DNA from: a virus | Taxonomy: Duplodnaviria > Caudoviricetes | IMG/VR virus record: IMGVR_UViG_3300020045_012277 | Location: 1 to 53,007 of that record | Length of the DNA stretch: 53,007 bases | Direction: 5' to 3' (one strand) | Shown here: piece by piece, positions 44,430 to 53,007 of the stretch | How the letters are laid out: the number at the start of each line of letters is the position of its first letter | How positions within the stretch are numbered: the first letter of the stretch is position 1 | The notes under the pieces: generated by a model | Database searches by the model: none | Told to the model about the DNA's origin: nothing | What the model saw: the letters and a program-made list of their open reading frames with translations, nothing else | Made by a program: the position numbers and the translations under genes

Positions 44430-45821
44430 TTAGCTTGCTAATGTTGTTAATGCAGCGTCTATATCAGTTACTTCCAGCCAACCTGTACGATCCACGTTAC
44501 GGATAAGCAGGTTCAGTCTTTTACGGGCTTTCAGGCTCATCATATCGCTTTCAAAATCGCCGGTAGCATACCCGGTTTCTATTTCTACATCACCAGCTTC
44601 GTAAATGGCGCCAAAGCGTCTGTCACCTACCGCCATTGTATTTGCAGTAAATGCGTTGCATTCTATCACTGTAACACCATCCACCAGGTTTCCGGATGCA
44701 CTGTAAAAAGGAGGAAGCACATAATTATTATTCTGATCTTTTTTCAACTTCATGCGGTTGATATCAGTAATGTTCATCAGTGCAACATCCGGATTATACT
44801 TGCTGCCATAAGAGGATGTAATGGATTCTCTTACTTTCACAATCAAATCGTAAATGCTTGCATCAATAATGCCGGCAGCAGATGCTGTATAATTTGGTAT
44901 CTGATTTTTAATACCATTCAGATTTGGAGATGAACCATTACCATCAACCAGTCCTGTATCTACTACTATCTGGATGTTTACACGAAGAAAGTTTTCAAGT
45001 TCAGCCGCAAACATGGCAGCATCATACATCATCTCAACTGACATAGGTATGATATCACCTGTCTTTTCCAGATTCAGTGTATAGGTTGCCCATTTTGCAG
45101 TGCTTTCGTTAAATGTGCCGCCTTCAGATTCAGCAGCCGCAGCTCTTACAGTTGTTGCTAAATCCCAATCCACATAACGAACAACTCCGTTTGAGTTAGC
45201 AGGTACAGGTACTTTGCGGAATATGTCATACACCGTAAGTTTTCTGTGTGCCAATTGGCCTATATCTTTCAAATCAAGTGCACTTGGATTGCTTGTAATA
45301 GATGAACGAAGTGTATCGGCTTTGATCGTAAACGTAAAATCTTTTCCTTTTTTGGTAGATGCTTTGATATCGTTAATGTGTTTTTCAACAACACTTAAAA
45401 GAGTCTCTGCATTTACGCTTGTATTACCTTTCAGTTTAAGATCGGCCAGCTCAGTACCCTGTGCTTTTGCGATATCGTCCATTTTTTTCAAATCATCTTT
45501 AATGGCTTTTAATTCTTCGCCGGTGAAGCTTTCTTTAAAATCTTTTGTGGCCTGCGTCACAAGGGCCGAAATTTCATCCTTGCTCATGATCCCTTTTTTA
45601 AAATCTTCCAATCCCTGGCCAACCATTTTTTTCATTGCCAGGAAAGCTTTTTGTTCGCTTTCAGAAAATCCGGCTTTCTCTTCTTCTGTAAGCGATATAA
45701 CAGCGCCGGCAGTCATTGTAACTGCGCCGGCATCATGTCCCTTGCCAAAGGCAAACAGGGCTACTGCGACAAATAAGCCCAATGCAAGGGCAAAGTATTT
45801 GTTCATTTTAATACGTTTCAT
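44430..45821 (-). CDS. Major capsid protein (HK97 fold) with hydrophobic N-terminal extension
   Basis: AESEGGTFNES, SVEMMYD, LVDGNGSSPNLNGI, LKKDQNNNYV; coiled-coil delta domain. Confidence 0.88.
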   Translation of the reverse strand: MKRIKMNKYFALALGLFVAVALFAFGKGHDAGAVTMTAGAVISLTEEEKAGFSESEQKAFLAMKKMVGQGLEDFKKGIMSKDEISALVTQATKDFKESFTGEELKAIKDDLKKMDDIAKAQGTELADLKLKGNTSVNAETLLSVVEKHINDIKASTKKGKDFTFTIKADTLRSSITSNPSALDLKDIGQLAHRKLTVYDIFRKVPVPANSNGVVRYVDWDLATTVRAAAAESEGGTFNESTAKWATYTLNLEKTGDIIPMSVEMMYDAAMFAAELENFLRVNIQIVVDTGLVDGNGSSPNLNGIKNQIPNYTASAAGIIDASIYDLIVKVRESITSSYGSKYNPDVALMNITDINRMKLKKDQNNNYVLPPFYSASGNLVDGVTVIECNAFTANTMAVGDRRFGAIYEAGDVEIETGYATGDFESDMMSLKARKRLNLLIRNVDRTGWLEVTDIDAALTTLAS

Positions 45822-45834
45822 TACTTTAAAATTT

Positions 45835-46719
45835 TTAGTGAGTTAATATTTTGTTCGCTATCTTATCCCAGTTCACACCTTCCGGCTTCTCTTCTTTTAC
45901 CTCAGTGCCTTGCGGCGGCTGATTCTGTTCAGTGGATATCTCCGGCTGAACTGATTTAAAACCTATGGTTGGTGTTATGATGTTGCTGCCGATAGGCACA
46001 GCACTTCCTTCAATGATTTTTGCTTCTATTACTGCCCAGAAATACCCCTGTTCTTCCGCTTTATCTTTATTCACGATCATCGGGGCATACAGCACCCAGT
46101 TAGCATATTCTTCTTTGTAGTATTCTTCATCAGGTTCGTTTACACAAAACTTTATCACTACATAGCGCATGCCTACACTATGATTTTTTACATATCCTTT
46201 CCGGTATTGATCTTCCATATATGCATTGCGGCCAATAAGTGGAGAGGCGAATATCAAAGCCTCAGTTACGCCAGGCGCTTCCATGCCAAGATCTTTCCAT
46301 TTTATTTTTTCCGTATATCCTTTGGCGTTATCGCTGATGATATGTGTAAAAGACATTTCATGCTCTTGCAAATGCGTGAATATCTTTTTTTCTTTTATTG
46401 ATTTATCCCATAGCCCCGGTATATGCACATCATCATGACTGTCGAGCCAGTTGGTAGTATTGATCACACAAAGAACTGTTTCGGCTTTGTTCATGTCCGT
46501 TTGTATATCAGCCGGCGCTTTTATTAGCTTACCTTCTTTGTCAATGAAATACTTGGATTGAATATCTGTATGTATGGAAAATGCATCACTGTTTTTCTGA
46601 GCAGATTTTTTTTCTGCTATCAGTGTGGCTTTGTTTTCCACCATCCAGCGAATAAGTTCCTTGCCTTTCAGATCTGCCGGCACGGTAACATTGCCAAGTT
46701 TTATAACGGGCTTGCTCAT
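45835..46719 (-). CDS. Prohead protease
   Basis: NTTNWLDSHDDVH, LQEH, NHSVGM, IIEGSAVPIGSN..TPT. Confidence 0.8.
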   Translation of the reverse strand: MSKPVIKLGNVTVPADLKGKELIRWMVENKATLIAEKKSAQKNSDAFSIHTDIQSKYFIDKEGKLIKAPADIQTDMNKAETVLCVINTTNWLDSHDDVHIPGLWDKSIKEKKIFTHLQEHEMSFTHIISDNAKGYTEKIKWKDLGMEAPGVTEALIFASPLIGRNAYMEDQYRKGYVKNHSVGMRYVVIKFCVNEPDEEYYKEEYANWVLYAPMIVNKDKAEEQGYFWAVIEAKIIEGSAVPIGSNIITPTIGFKSVQPEISTEQNQPPQGTEVKEEKPEGVNWDKIANKILTH

Positions 46720-46814
46720 TTATTTACGGTTTGATTTTGTTTGATCAATTTCTCTTTCTTCTTTTTTATAGCTTCCAACTCTTCTTTGGTCAGCTTTTTT
46801 TTATTGTTACTCAT
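46716..46814 (-). CDS. Basic 32 aa peptide
   Basis: MSNNKKKLTKEELEAIKKKKEKLIKQNQTVNK; ATGA overlap with protease. Confidence 0.55.
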   Translation of the reverse strand: MSNNKKKLTKEELEAIKKKKEKLIKQNQTVNK

Positions 46815-46821
46815 AAAAAAA

Positions 46822-47196
46822 TTATTTCGTTATATACAATGCATCCTCTTCGATCTTTTTTACCCGCTGCATGGTGATCACTCTTGGTTTCTTCTTCAGC
46901 ATTTTCTTACGGCCATCCGTCATCTTTTTATTGCTCTTATTCTTACCCGCTGATGCTGCCCGCTTCAATGTTTTTTTTTGAATGGGTTCAAATTTTCCAC
47001 CTACAGTATTGAACACCACCATGTTTTTACGTTTCGTTTCTTCTTTATCCTTATCAGCCTCATCAATTGCCTGCCTCAAAGAATGTATCTGCAGCTTTGC
47101 CCTTAGAGCCAGCAGCCATTTTATTATCTGCTTTCTAAATGCACGGATCACTAAAAGCAAAGTGGCAATAATTAATATGATGAGTATATAGATCAT
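46822..47196 (-). CDS. Membrane-anchored basic protein
   Basis: MIYILIILIIATLLLVIR N-terminal TM; ATGA overlap with portal stop. Confidence 0.7.
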   Translation of the reverse strand: MIYILIILIIATLLLVIRAFRKQIIKWLLALRAKLQIHSLRQAIDEADKDKEETKRKNMVVFNTVGGKFEPIQKKTLKRAASAGKNKSNKKMTDGRKKMLKKKPRVITMQRVKKIEEDALYITK

Positions 47197-48575
47197 TGCT
47201 GTACTGGTTCTGGTTGTTGTACGGGTTGTTGATTTGTCTGCGTTGTGTTTCCAAATACCCACCCCGCTGCTTTCAGCTCATAAAAATATTTATCTCCATA
47301 TTCAGTTGTCAGTGGATCATCTCCATTTGCCACTCTCCATTCATTCAGTGTACACAGGTTATTATAAAACTCAATTTGCCTGGCTTCGTTCCTCGTTTTA
47401 CGTGCCGAAGCTGCTTTCTGCTGATCATCCTGCAAAGCCGCTATATGACTGTAATCCTTATTGATGTATATGTCATATTTATACAATCCGAAGATCTTAT
47501 CCCATTGCTCACAAATATTATCGGCCTCTGGTATGATGGCATCCTGGTATAACAACTTTTTTGCTTCATAAATATTATTCCCTCCAAGGCTGTTGGTTCT
47601 GTTGCTGGACATCAACGGGTATGGGAAATTGTAACTGTCACACATCCGCATGATATTGTCTTCTATTTCTTCAAAGAGCATCAGGTCCCTTGTAGGAAAA
47701 CCCATTTGGCTCCACTTAACAGATGCATTGGAGATGATATAATTATATTGATTTCGCTTAGTGCCATACTGCAAAAAATCTTTTTGAATATCTTTTCTGT
47801 CATCTTCTTTCAGTGGCACCGGACCACCGGCATCTTTGGCATCGGGAGATATGATACCGAGTGCTCCACGATAATCAATAAGCTTACCACGGCTCTCATA
47901 AGCGCCGATCGTATTGTTTATTGGATATTCAAGGGAACACGTCCTGCTTTCCGGAAACAGAGGATTGCTGAACGATACTGTCAGGTCTTTAACAATGTAG
48001 CAATCGGAAAGTGGCAGCTCAGATCTTTCACCGCCGAAATCAATAACAATTTTCTTTACTATTTCTTTATTAGTTTCAGCCAGCAGCCAGTTGGCTTTTG
48101 TTTTTTCAATATCGATCATGCAGGGTGGTATATTCCACATCCGCTTAGCTTCTGTAAAATCATAGCCCACTGGTTTACCGCCAAAAAATAAAACACTGAA
48201 ACCCCATAGCTGCATGTATGTGTACATCTGCGCCTCAAATTCCTTCTGGCTTTGAAATGGATTTGGATTTGCCAGCAGGTCACGAACACGTACTGCTACT
48301 TCTGTATATGATTCTTTATCCTTTGCCTTGCCCTTTTTATTCAGGATCCAAGTCTTGCCGTTTATAAAAGCCTGTGCCTTTTTATTGATGATCGCTGCAA
48401 GTGGCGGGCATTTCAAATAAGCTTTCAAAGAACTGTTTTGACCGGTGAAGGTGATCTTATAGTCTTCACCGTCACTATGGAAGTACACGAATTCCCTGGA
48501 TCTGTTAGTGAATGAGCTGGATATTTGCACATCACCCTTCAGCGTATTACCCTTTACTTTTGCAAGAATGCTCAT
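47193..48575 (-). CDS. Portal protein (HK97-like)
   Basis: LLANPNPFQSQKEF, GALGIIS, MCDSYNFPYPLM, TLNEWR. Confidence 0.88.
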   Translation of the reverse strand: MSILAKVKGNTLKGDVQISSSFTNRSREFVYFHSDGEDYKITFTGQNSSLKAYLKCPPLAAIINKKAQAFINGKTWILNKKGKAKDKESYTEVAVRVRDLLANPNPFQSQKEFEAQMYTYMQLWGFSVLFFGGKPVGYDFTEAKRMWNIPPCMIDIEKTKANWLLAETNKEIVKKIVIDFGGERSELPLSDCYIVKDLTVSFSNPLFPESRTCSLEYPINNTIGAYESRGKLIDYRGALGIISPDAKDAGGPVPLKEDDRKDIQKDFLQYGTKRNQYNYIISNASVKWSQMGFPTRDLMLFEEIEDNIMRMCDSYNFPYPLMSSNRTNSLGGNNIYEAKKLLYQDAIIPEADNICEQWDKIFGLYKYDIYINKDYSHIAALQDDQQKAASARKTRNEARQIEFYNNLCTLNEWRVANGDDPLTTEYGDKYFYELKAAGWVFGNTTQTNQQPVQQPEPVQQ

Positions 48576-48811
48576 TCAGGTTTTTTATTTTTGTCTGCCG
48601 GTTGTTGCCAATATGATCTTACTTTTTCTGCCCATGCGTTTACCAGTATATACAGCACTGTGCCAAAAGAAAAAACAGAAAGCAAAACACAGTTCACTTC
48701 ATCGCCGTTTGTTACTATTCTACCCTCGGCTTTATGCTCCGTCTTCAGCATCCACCTGCTAAGGAGGAAACCAGCCAGCCATACTATTGCGATCATGTAC
48801 TGTACTATCAT
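48572..48811 (-). CDS. Small two-TM membrane protein
   Basis: Two hydrophobic segments; ATGA overlap with portal. Confidence 0.65.
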   Translation of the reverse strand: MIVQYMIAIVWLAGFLLSRWMLKTEHKAEGRIVTNGDEVNCVLLSVFSFGTVLYILVNAWAEKVRSYWQQPADKNKKPE

Positions 48812-48905
48812 ATAAATAAAAAAGGGCCGTCATCGCTGTTATACGATACCGGCCCTCCTGGGGCTCTTGAATTTTTTTTTGTCAGTTACCGGGGCTATTC
48901 ATTTT

Positions 48906-49157
48906 CTACCTGAACCGCTGGATCAGCATGGCCGCTCTTTTCAGGCTTATGCCGTGCTGCATCAATTCTTTTTGCAGTTCCTCATCTGTCACAATACCCT
49001 CTGTCCTTAATGTTTCAGCTTCAAAGGTGTTCATCGTTCCGCATCTGCACTTAATCTCCACCTTTCCGATCTTAATGCTTGCCTTTGCAAGCAATAAGTT
49101 ACAGTTACTACATCTTTTTTCGGTTAATTTTTCATGTACATTGGTTTTTTGTGTCAT
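48906..49157 (-). CDS. Mu Com-like zinc-finger regulator
   Basis: RCSNCNLLLAK..VEIKCRCGTMNTF; ATG 49157 preferred because TATATTTG promoter lies at 49170-49177. Confidence 0.75.
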   Translation of the reverse strand: MTQKTNVHEKLTEKRCSNCNLLLAKASIKIGKVEIKCRCGTMNTFEAETLRTEGIVTDEELQKELMQHGISLKRAAMLIQRFR

Positions 49158-49169
49158 TGATTGCGTACA

Positions 49170-49177
49170 CAAATATA
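49170..49177 (-). promoter_or_regulatory. -7 element TATATTTG upstream of Com-like gene
   Basis: Matches the TAnnTTTG consensus. Confidence 0.55.
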
Positions 49178-49246
49178 ATTATTTTGCTAATTTAATGAAT
49201 AAAATAATTATTTCCCCATTTTAGTTTATTAACAACTGTTGAAAAA

Positions 49247-50548
49247 CTACCATAATCTTCCCTTTGCCGTCACTACATTTCTTATCCAGTCCATGTGATG
49301 ATTATTATTATCTTCCGGCGTATTGGTAGGATTCTTGTCTTTATCCAGGGCCCACTTATAATCCCGGTATTCATTCCAGATATTTACAGAATCATCCGTA
49401 ACATAAACCTCCATATCCTTAACTGCTTTTATACCAAAATCAATACTACCTGGTCCGCCGATGGAAGCCAAAATATAAAATCCTTTAGTTAATTGCGGGT
49501 ATAACTCACCTTCTTTATCAGACAATGAATCCTTTTTCCAACCGTTTCGAAGTTTATTTATGGAAACGGGATCCTCTTTATCTGCAATGATCAATTCATT
49601 TCCTGTGATCCCCAGCTTGCAATACAATATCCCGATTTCCTTATCAGTTAATGGGTCATAGTTAAATTCACGGATATAAATTTTGTTCTTTATGCTTTTC
49701 AGACCGCCACATGCAGCAGGATCTACAGTTCCAAAGTCCTGTCCTATTATTTCTCTTGCCTCAATCTTTTTATATTCTTCAAGCGTTATGGGTTGCCATC
49801 CCGTGTATATTCTGCCCCGCTGTCCTTCGCTTACAAGGCCCATGATGATGGTGTAATAATATTCCTCATTCGTTTTTAGATAGCTTTCCCATTTCTCAAT
49901 TTTTGCAGGCGTTATGTTCTGAATATTTTGTTTATAGGTACCAAAAATACTCAGCATGTTCACTTCCTTCTTGGGTACGGCTTTCCAATAACCTTTTATC
50001 TCACTCTCCACCAGGTTGTAATTTTTCCATATCCAGTGCATACGACCAGGAGGATTAAATATCATGATCACTTCAGGCGGTGGTCCCTTTACTGTACGGA
50101 GCGAATCATCGATCATATTAAACTCATCCTCCGACAGCTCATCCGCCTCTTCTATGATGATCAGGTTATAGCCGGCCAGTGATTTTAATTTTGCTGTACG
50201 TCCGCCTTCTGCTTTTACACCAAATGAATTGATCGTATTGCCTGTGGGTTTAAATGTGCAGCGCATTTCGTGGTCAGCCATTTCAAACAGATCATCTGAC
50301 AAACCAGATTCTGTTATCCGGTCTTTAAAATCTGCCCATAGTGAATGCCTGACATCTTTATAAACTTTACGGAGAAATGCGATACGATAATAAACGGGGC
50401 TGCTCAGCCGCATGAGTGCATACAGTGTGCCTTCATGGCTGCCTCCCCGGCCACGACCACCCCACAGATCCTTGCGGGCTGCATGGATAGTGTATAAAGG
50501 TTCGTACTGATACTTGGGTGATATATTAATGGTGAGCTCACCGGTCAT
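49247..50548 (-). CDS. terL: Terminase large subunit (PBSX-like)
   Basis: GGRGRGGS, IIIEEADE, FNPP, GQDFGTVDP, PEDNNNHHMD. Confidence 0.9.
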   Translation of the reverse strand: MTGELTINISPKYQYEPLYTIHAARKDLWGGRGRGGSHEGTLYALMRLSSPVYYRIAFLRKVYKDVRHSLWADFKDRITESGLSDDLFEMADHEMRCTFKPTGNTINSFGVKAEGGRTAKLKSLAGYNLIIIEEADELSEDEFNMIDDSLRTVKGPPPEVIMIFNPPGRMHWIWKNYNLVESEIKGYWKAVPKKEVNMLSIFGTYKQNIQNITPAKIEKWESYLKTNEEYYYTIIMGLVSEGQRGRIYTGWQPITLEEYKKIEAREIIGQDFGTVDPAACGGLKSIKNKIYIREFNYDPLTDKEIGILYCKLGITGNELIIADKEDPVSINKLRNGWKKDSLSDKEGELYPQLTKGFYILASIGGPGSIDFGIKAVKDMEVYVTDDSVNIWNEYRDYKWALDKDKNPTNTPEDNNNHHMDWIRNVVTAKGRLW

Positions 50549-50560
50549 TTTATACCGTTA

Positions 50561-50986
50561 TTATTCTCCATCACATTTTTTAAAGTTGATATTGTGTGTG
50601 ATGGCCGGGAAGATAGATTTACCTTCATTATCTGTGAGTGCAAGTTTCTTTGGTCTTTCCAAACCTTCCAGTTTAATGATCTCCTTTTCTACGGATAGCA
50701 CTGCAAATATCCCCTGCGGAGTTCCCTTATATCTTTCCTGCAGGGATCGCTTTAGTTTTTTGAATCCCTCCACTTTCAATATTCTTTTGCTTTCCATCAC
50801 ATCCTGCTGATCTCTCACCCATCTGTCTTTTGCTTCTGCCACATATCTTTTTGCCTGCCGGTCCTCTATACCCCATTTGGCTTTTATCTGCGTGATGATA
50901 TCGGAATAGGGCCAGTCCTCAATGATCCATTCCTGCACTATCCGTATGCGTTTTTCATATTCAATATTGTCAACCTTTTTCGCCAT
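50561..50986 (-). CDS. Putative terminase small subunit
   Basis: Directly upstream of TerL; HTH-like N-terminus, helical core. Confidence 0.65.
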   Translation of the reverse strand: MAKKVDNIEYEKRIRIVQEWIIEDWPYSDIITQIKAKWGIEDRQAKRYVAEAKDRWVRDQQDVMESKRILKVEGFKKLKRSLQERYKGTPQGIFAVLSVEKEIIKLEGLERPKKLALTDNEGKSIFPAITHNINFKKCDGE

Positions 50987-51236
50987 TCTTTTTTACTTTT
51001 TTCTTTTCCGTTGTTGCCGGCTTTGGTTCTATGTAAAAAGATTCGATGGCCAGCAGGTTTTCTTCGTTGGCCTGCAGCTCGGTGCTCAGACGTATATAAT
51101 CCATCTGCAGGTGAGGGCTGTTCTTTGCCATATCCTGCATGATGGGAGATTCATAAGCTTTCAGCTTTTCTTTCAGGTTGTCAATTTTTGCCTGCAGGTA
51201 CTCTATTATTTTTTTCACCTGTGTATCTTTTTGCAT
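50970..51236 (-). CDS. Hypothetical coiled-coil protein
   Basis: 88 aa ORF. Confidence 0.65.
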   Translation of the reverse strand: MQKDTQVKKIIEYLQAKIDNLKEKLKAYESPIMQDMAKNSPHLQMDYIRLSTELQANEENLLAIESFYIEPKPATTEKKKVKKNGEKG

Positions 51237-51394
51237 CCTGTCCGGTTTTAATGAACAGGAAATTTAATAAATCTTATTCAACCGGCACAGCGGCCCGATG
51301 GACCGCCGTGTTATTTTTTCAGTGGTTTTTATCCGGGTCAAAACCATCTCAAAAAACTACTTATTCAGTAGAAAAAATACAGCATAAGACCCCG

Positions 51395-52918
51395 TCAATC
51401 ATCAAGGATCGACTGAGCAATATTGGGTTGATAATTCAACTGCTGCAAGTCTTCCACCATATTTATCTTTGGAAATTCATCTTTTATTTTCCTGTGATCA
51501 CCTTTGTAAAACACCAATACATTCTGATGCATCTTGCCCACCTTTCTGCCGCCTTCAAACTGCCGTCCTACTCTTATCGGTAAGGATCCTGCTACATTTA
51601 TCAGAATAATTTCATTATATAACAATGCTCCTGATTCATTGAAAGATTCTATAGTTTCACTAACAAAGTTTCTGTAAAATCCGTTTTCATCTCTTATATC
51701 ACCAACTACAAAGCAAGCAAATCGATTTTCTTTTAACCTTGCGATTGTTTTTTGAATGATGGATCTGTACACTGTTTTGAATGATCCATAATCCATATTA
51801 CTCAGGTCCGCCGGATCATCACTGTATTGTTCCAGGTCGTGGTAGGGAGGGCAGGAAAAAATGAAGTCGTAATTCTCTTGTATTTCATCCAATACCTTAT
51901 TGCTATCACCGCTGATCCATCCAATGGCTGAACCACTCATGCCCGTTTTACTTACTTTACTCCATTGGTTCCTGTTTTCTTCTACCTGGTCATTTCTCAG
52001 GTCAATGCCAATATAATCAAAGCCAAGCACCCCGGCCACTATGCCACGCACCGAGCCTCCGGCAAATGGATCAATTATGGAGCCGCCTGCAGGACAAAAC
52101 CATTTATAACAGATCTCACAAAGCACAGGATCAAATGTGCTGGCTCCTTCATATAGGTGCATGCCCTTTTTTCTTGCCTGCTCTATTATTTCATCCCATT
52201 CAGGTTCACGGCCCAGCAGATCTCTCATTTCATTTCTTAATGCATATACAGCCGGAGATTGTCCGCTTTTAGCTATCAGTTCCACTTCTTCACGTGTGGC
52301 CTGGCTATTAAAGCCAAGCGATTGCCACAGTTTCTTTCTATCCTGCCAATATCCCTGCCTGCTGTCAAAAATGGAGAAGGGAGGAATAATAAAACGCTCC
52401 TGCAAAGAGGAAATTATATATGTCTTATCCTCTCCGTCCGTATTCTTCAGCATGGTTTCAAAATCCATCGTGTCAAACCCGGGTAGGTCAACTGTCATCT
52501 TCAGGTTTTCATAGTCGAGTTCATAACTCTGAATGAAGTCAAACAAACCCTGCTGCGTTACTTTGGCATAGATGGAAGAATAAACCAATACCATGGCAGC
52601 TGCTTCCTTTTTATTTCTGCAGTATATAAAGGTGGCGGGCAGCATGTCCGGCACTTCTGTGCCTTCACTCTTCAGCTGTTCCAGTATGCGGGTTCTGTGG
52701 CGGCCATCCAGGCAGTAATTAATGTTTTCAGCATCGCAGTGCCACACATAAAAAGGTTGGGTAAAATTATTTTCCAGGATAGAAGCCCGCAGTTTATTTT
52801 TTGCCTCTGGTGGTAGTTCTTTAAAATCTTCCTGCTGTATGTACCTGAATTCCTTCCAATTTGCAGGCTCGGTGAGTAGTACCCGTGATGAGAGCTTTTG
52901 CGTAACTGTTGCCTCCAT
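51395..52918 (-). CDS. ParB-like nuclease domain fused to DNA methyltransferase
   Basis: LRASILENNF..LDGRHR (ParB-N); IDPFAGGSVRG and FSCPPY methyltransferase motifs. Confidence 0.88.
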   Translation of the reverse strand: MEATVTQKLSSRVLLTEPANWKEFRYIQQEDFKELPPEAKNKLRASILENNFTQPFYVWHCDAENINYCLDGRHRTRILEQLKSEGTEVPDMLPATFIYCRNKKEAAAMVLVYSSIYAKVTQQGLFDFIQSYELDYENLKMTVDLPGFDTMDFETMLKNTDGEDKTYIISSLQERFIIPPFSIFDSRQGYWQDRKKLWQSLGFNSQATREEVELIAKSGQSPAVYALRNEMRDLLGREPEWDEIIEQARKKGMHLYEGASTFDPVLCEICYKWFCPAGGSIIDPFAGGSVRGIVAGVLGFDYIGIDLRNDQVEENRNQWSKVSKTGMSGSAIGWISGDSNKVLDEIQENYDFIFSCPPYHDLEQYSDDPADLSNMDYGSFKTVYRSIIQKTIARLKENRFACFVVGDIRDENGFYRNFVSETIESFNESGALLYNEIILINVAGSLPIRVGRQFEGGRKVGKMHQNVLVFYKGDHRKIKDEFPKINMVEDLQQLNYQPNIAQSILDD

Positions 52919-53007
52919 GAAAGTGTCTTATAATGACATATCAAAACTAAGCAAAATATTTATTAGATAATCAAAATAATTATTTTCATCCGTTCTGACT
53001 GTATTTT
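52887..53007. repeat. Terminal direct repeat, right copy
   Basis: Identical to 1-121. Confidence 0.97.

Noticed and set aside
492-52944. Numerous plus-strand ORFs of 60-210 aa opposite the long minus-strand genes
   Set aside because: Antisense shadows of real genes with no motifs

Overview
The window looks like a complete, circularly permuted temperate siphovirus genome of about 52,886 bp: bases 1-121 are repeated exactly at 52887-53007. The host is probably a Bacteroidota member, possibly Chitinophagaceae, judged from TAnnTTTG promoters, Gln+1 signal peptides and REP-like palindromes. Modules are replication/recombination/methylation (0.5-15.9 kb, minus), cro/cI switch and lysogeny genes (16.1-19.1 kb), attP plus tyrosine integrase (19.1-20.6 kb), an AT-rich accessory region with an odd tRNA (20.6-23.2 kb), then lysis, tail, head and packaging (23.3-52.9 kb, minus). 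Four things stand out. (1) A diversity-generating retroelement (DGR) in the early region has one template repeat and two small tandem non-tail targets with adenine-specific variation and no visible Avd; its reverse transcriptase is cut just before YxDD and fused in frame to an unrelated phage protein. (2) Virion-module proteins carry Sec signal peptides, and one is dense in Bacteroidota O-glycosylation sequons. (3) A tRNA has an Arg-type body but a Ser (GCU) anticodon. (4) An intact attP has a core resembling the 3' end of tRNA-Asp. Family assignments come from motif recognition by eye; no database search was run.
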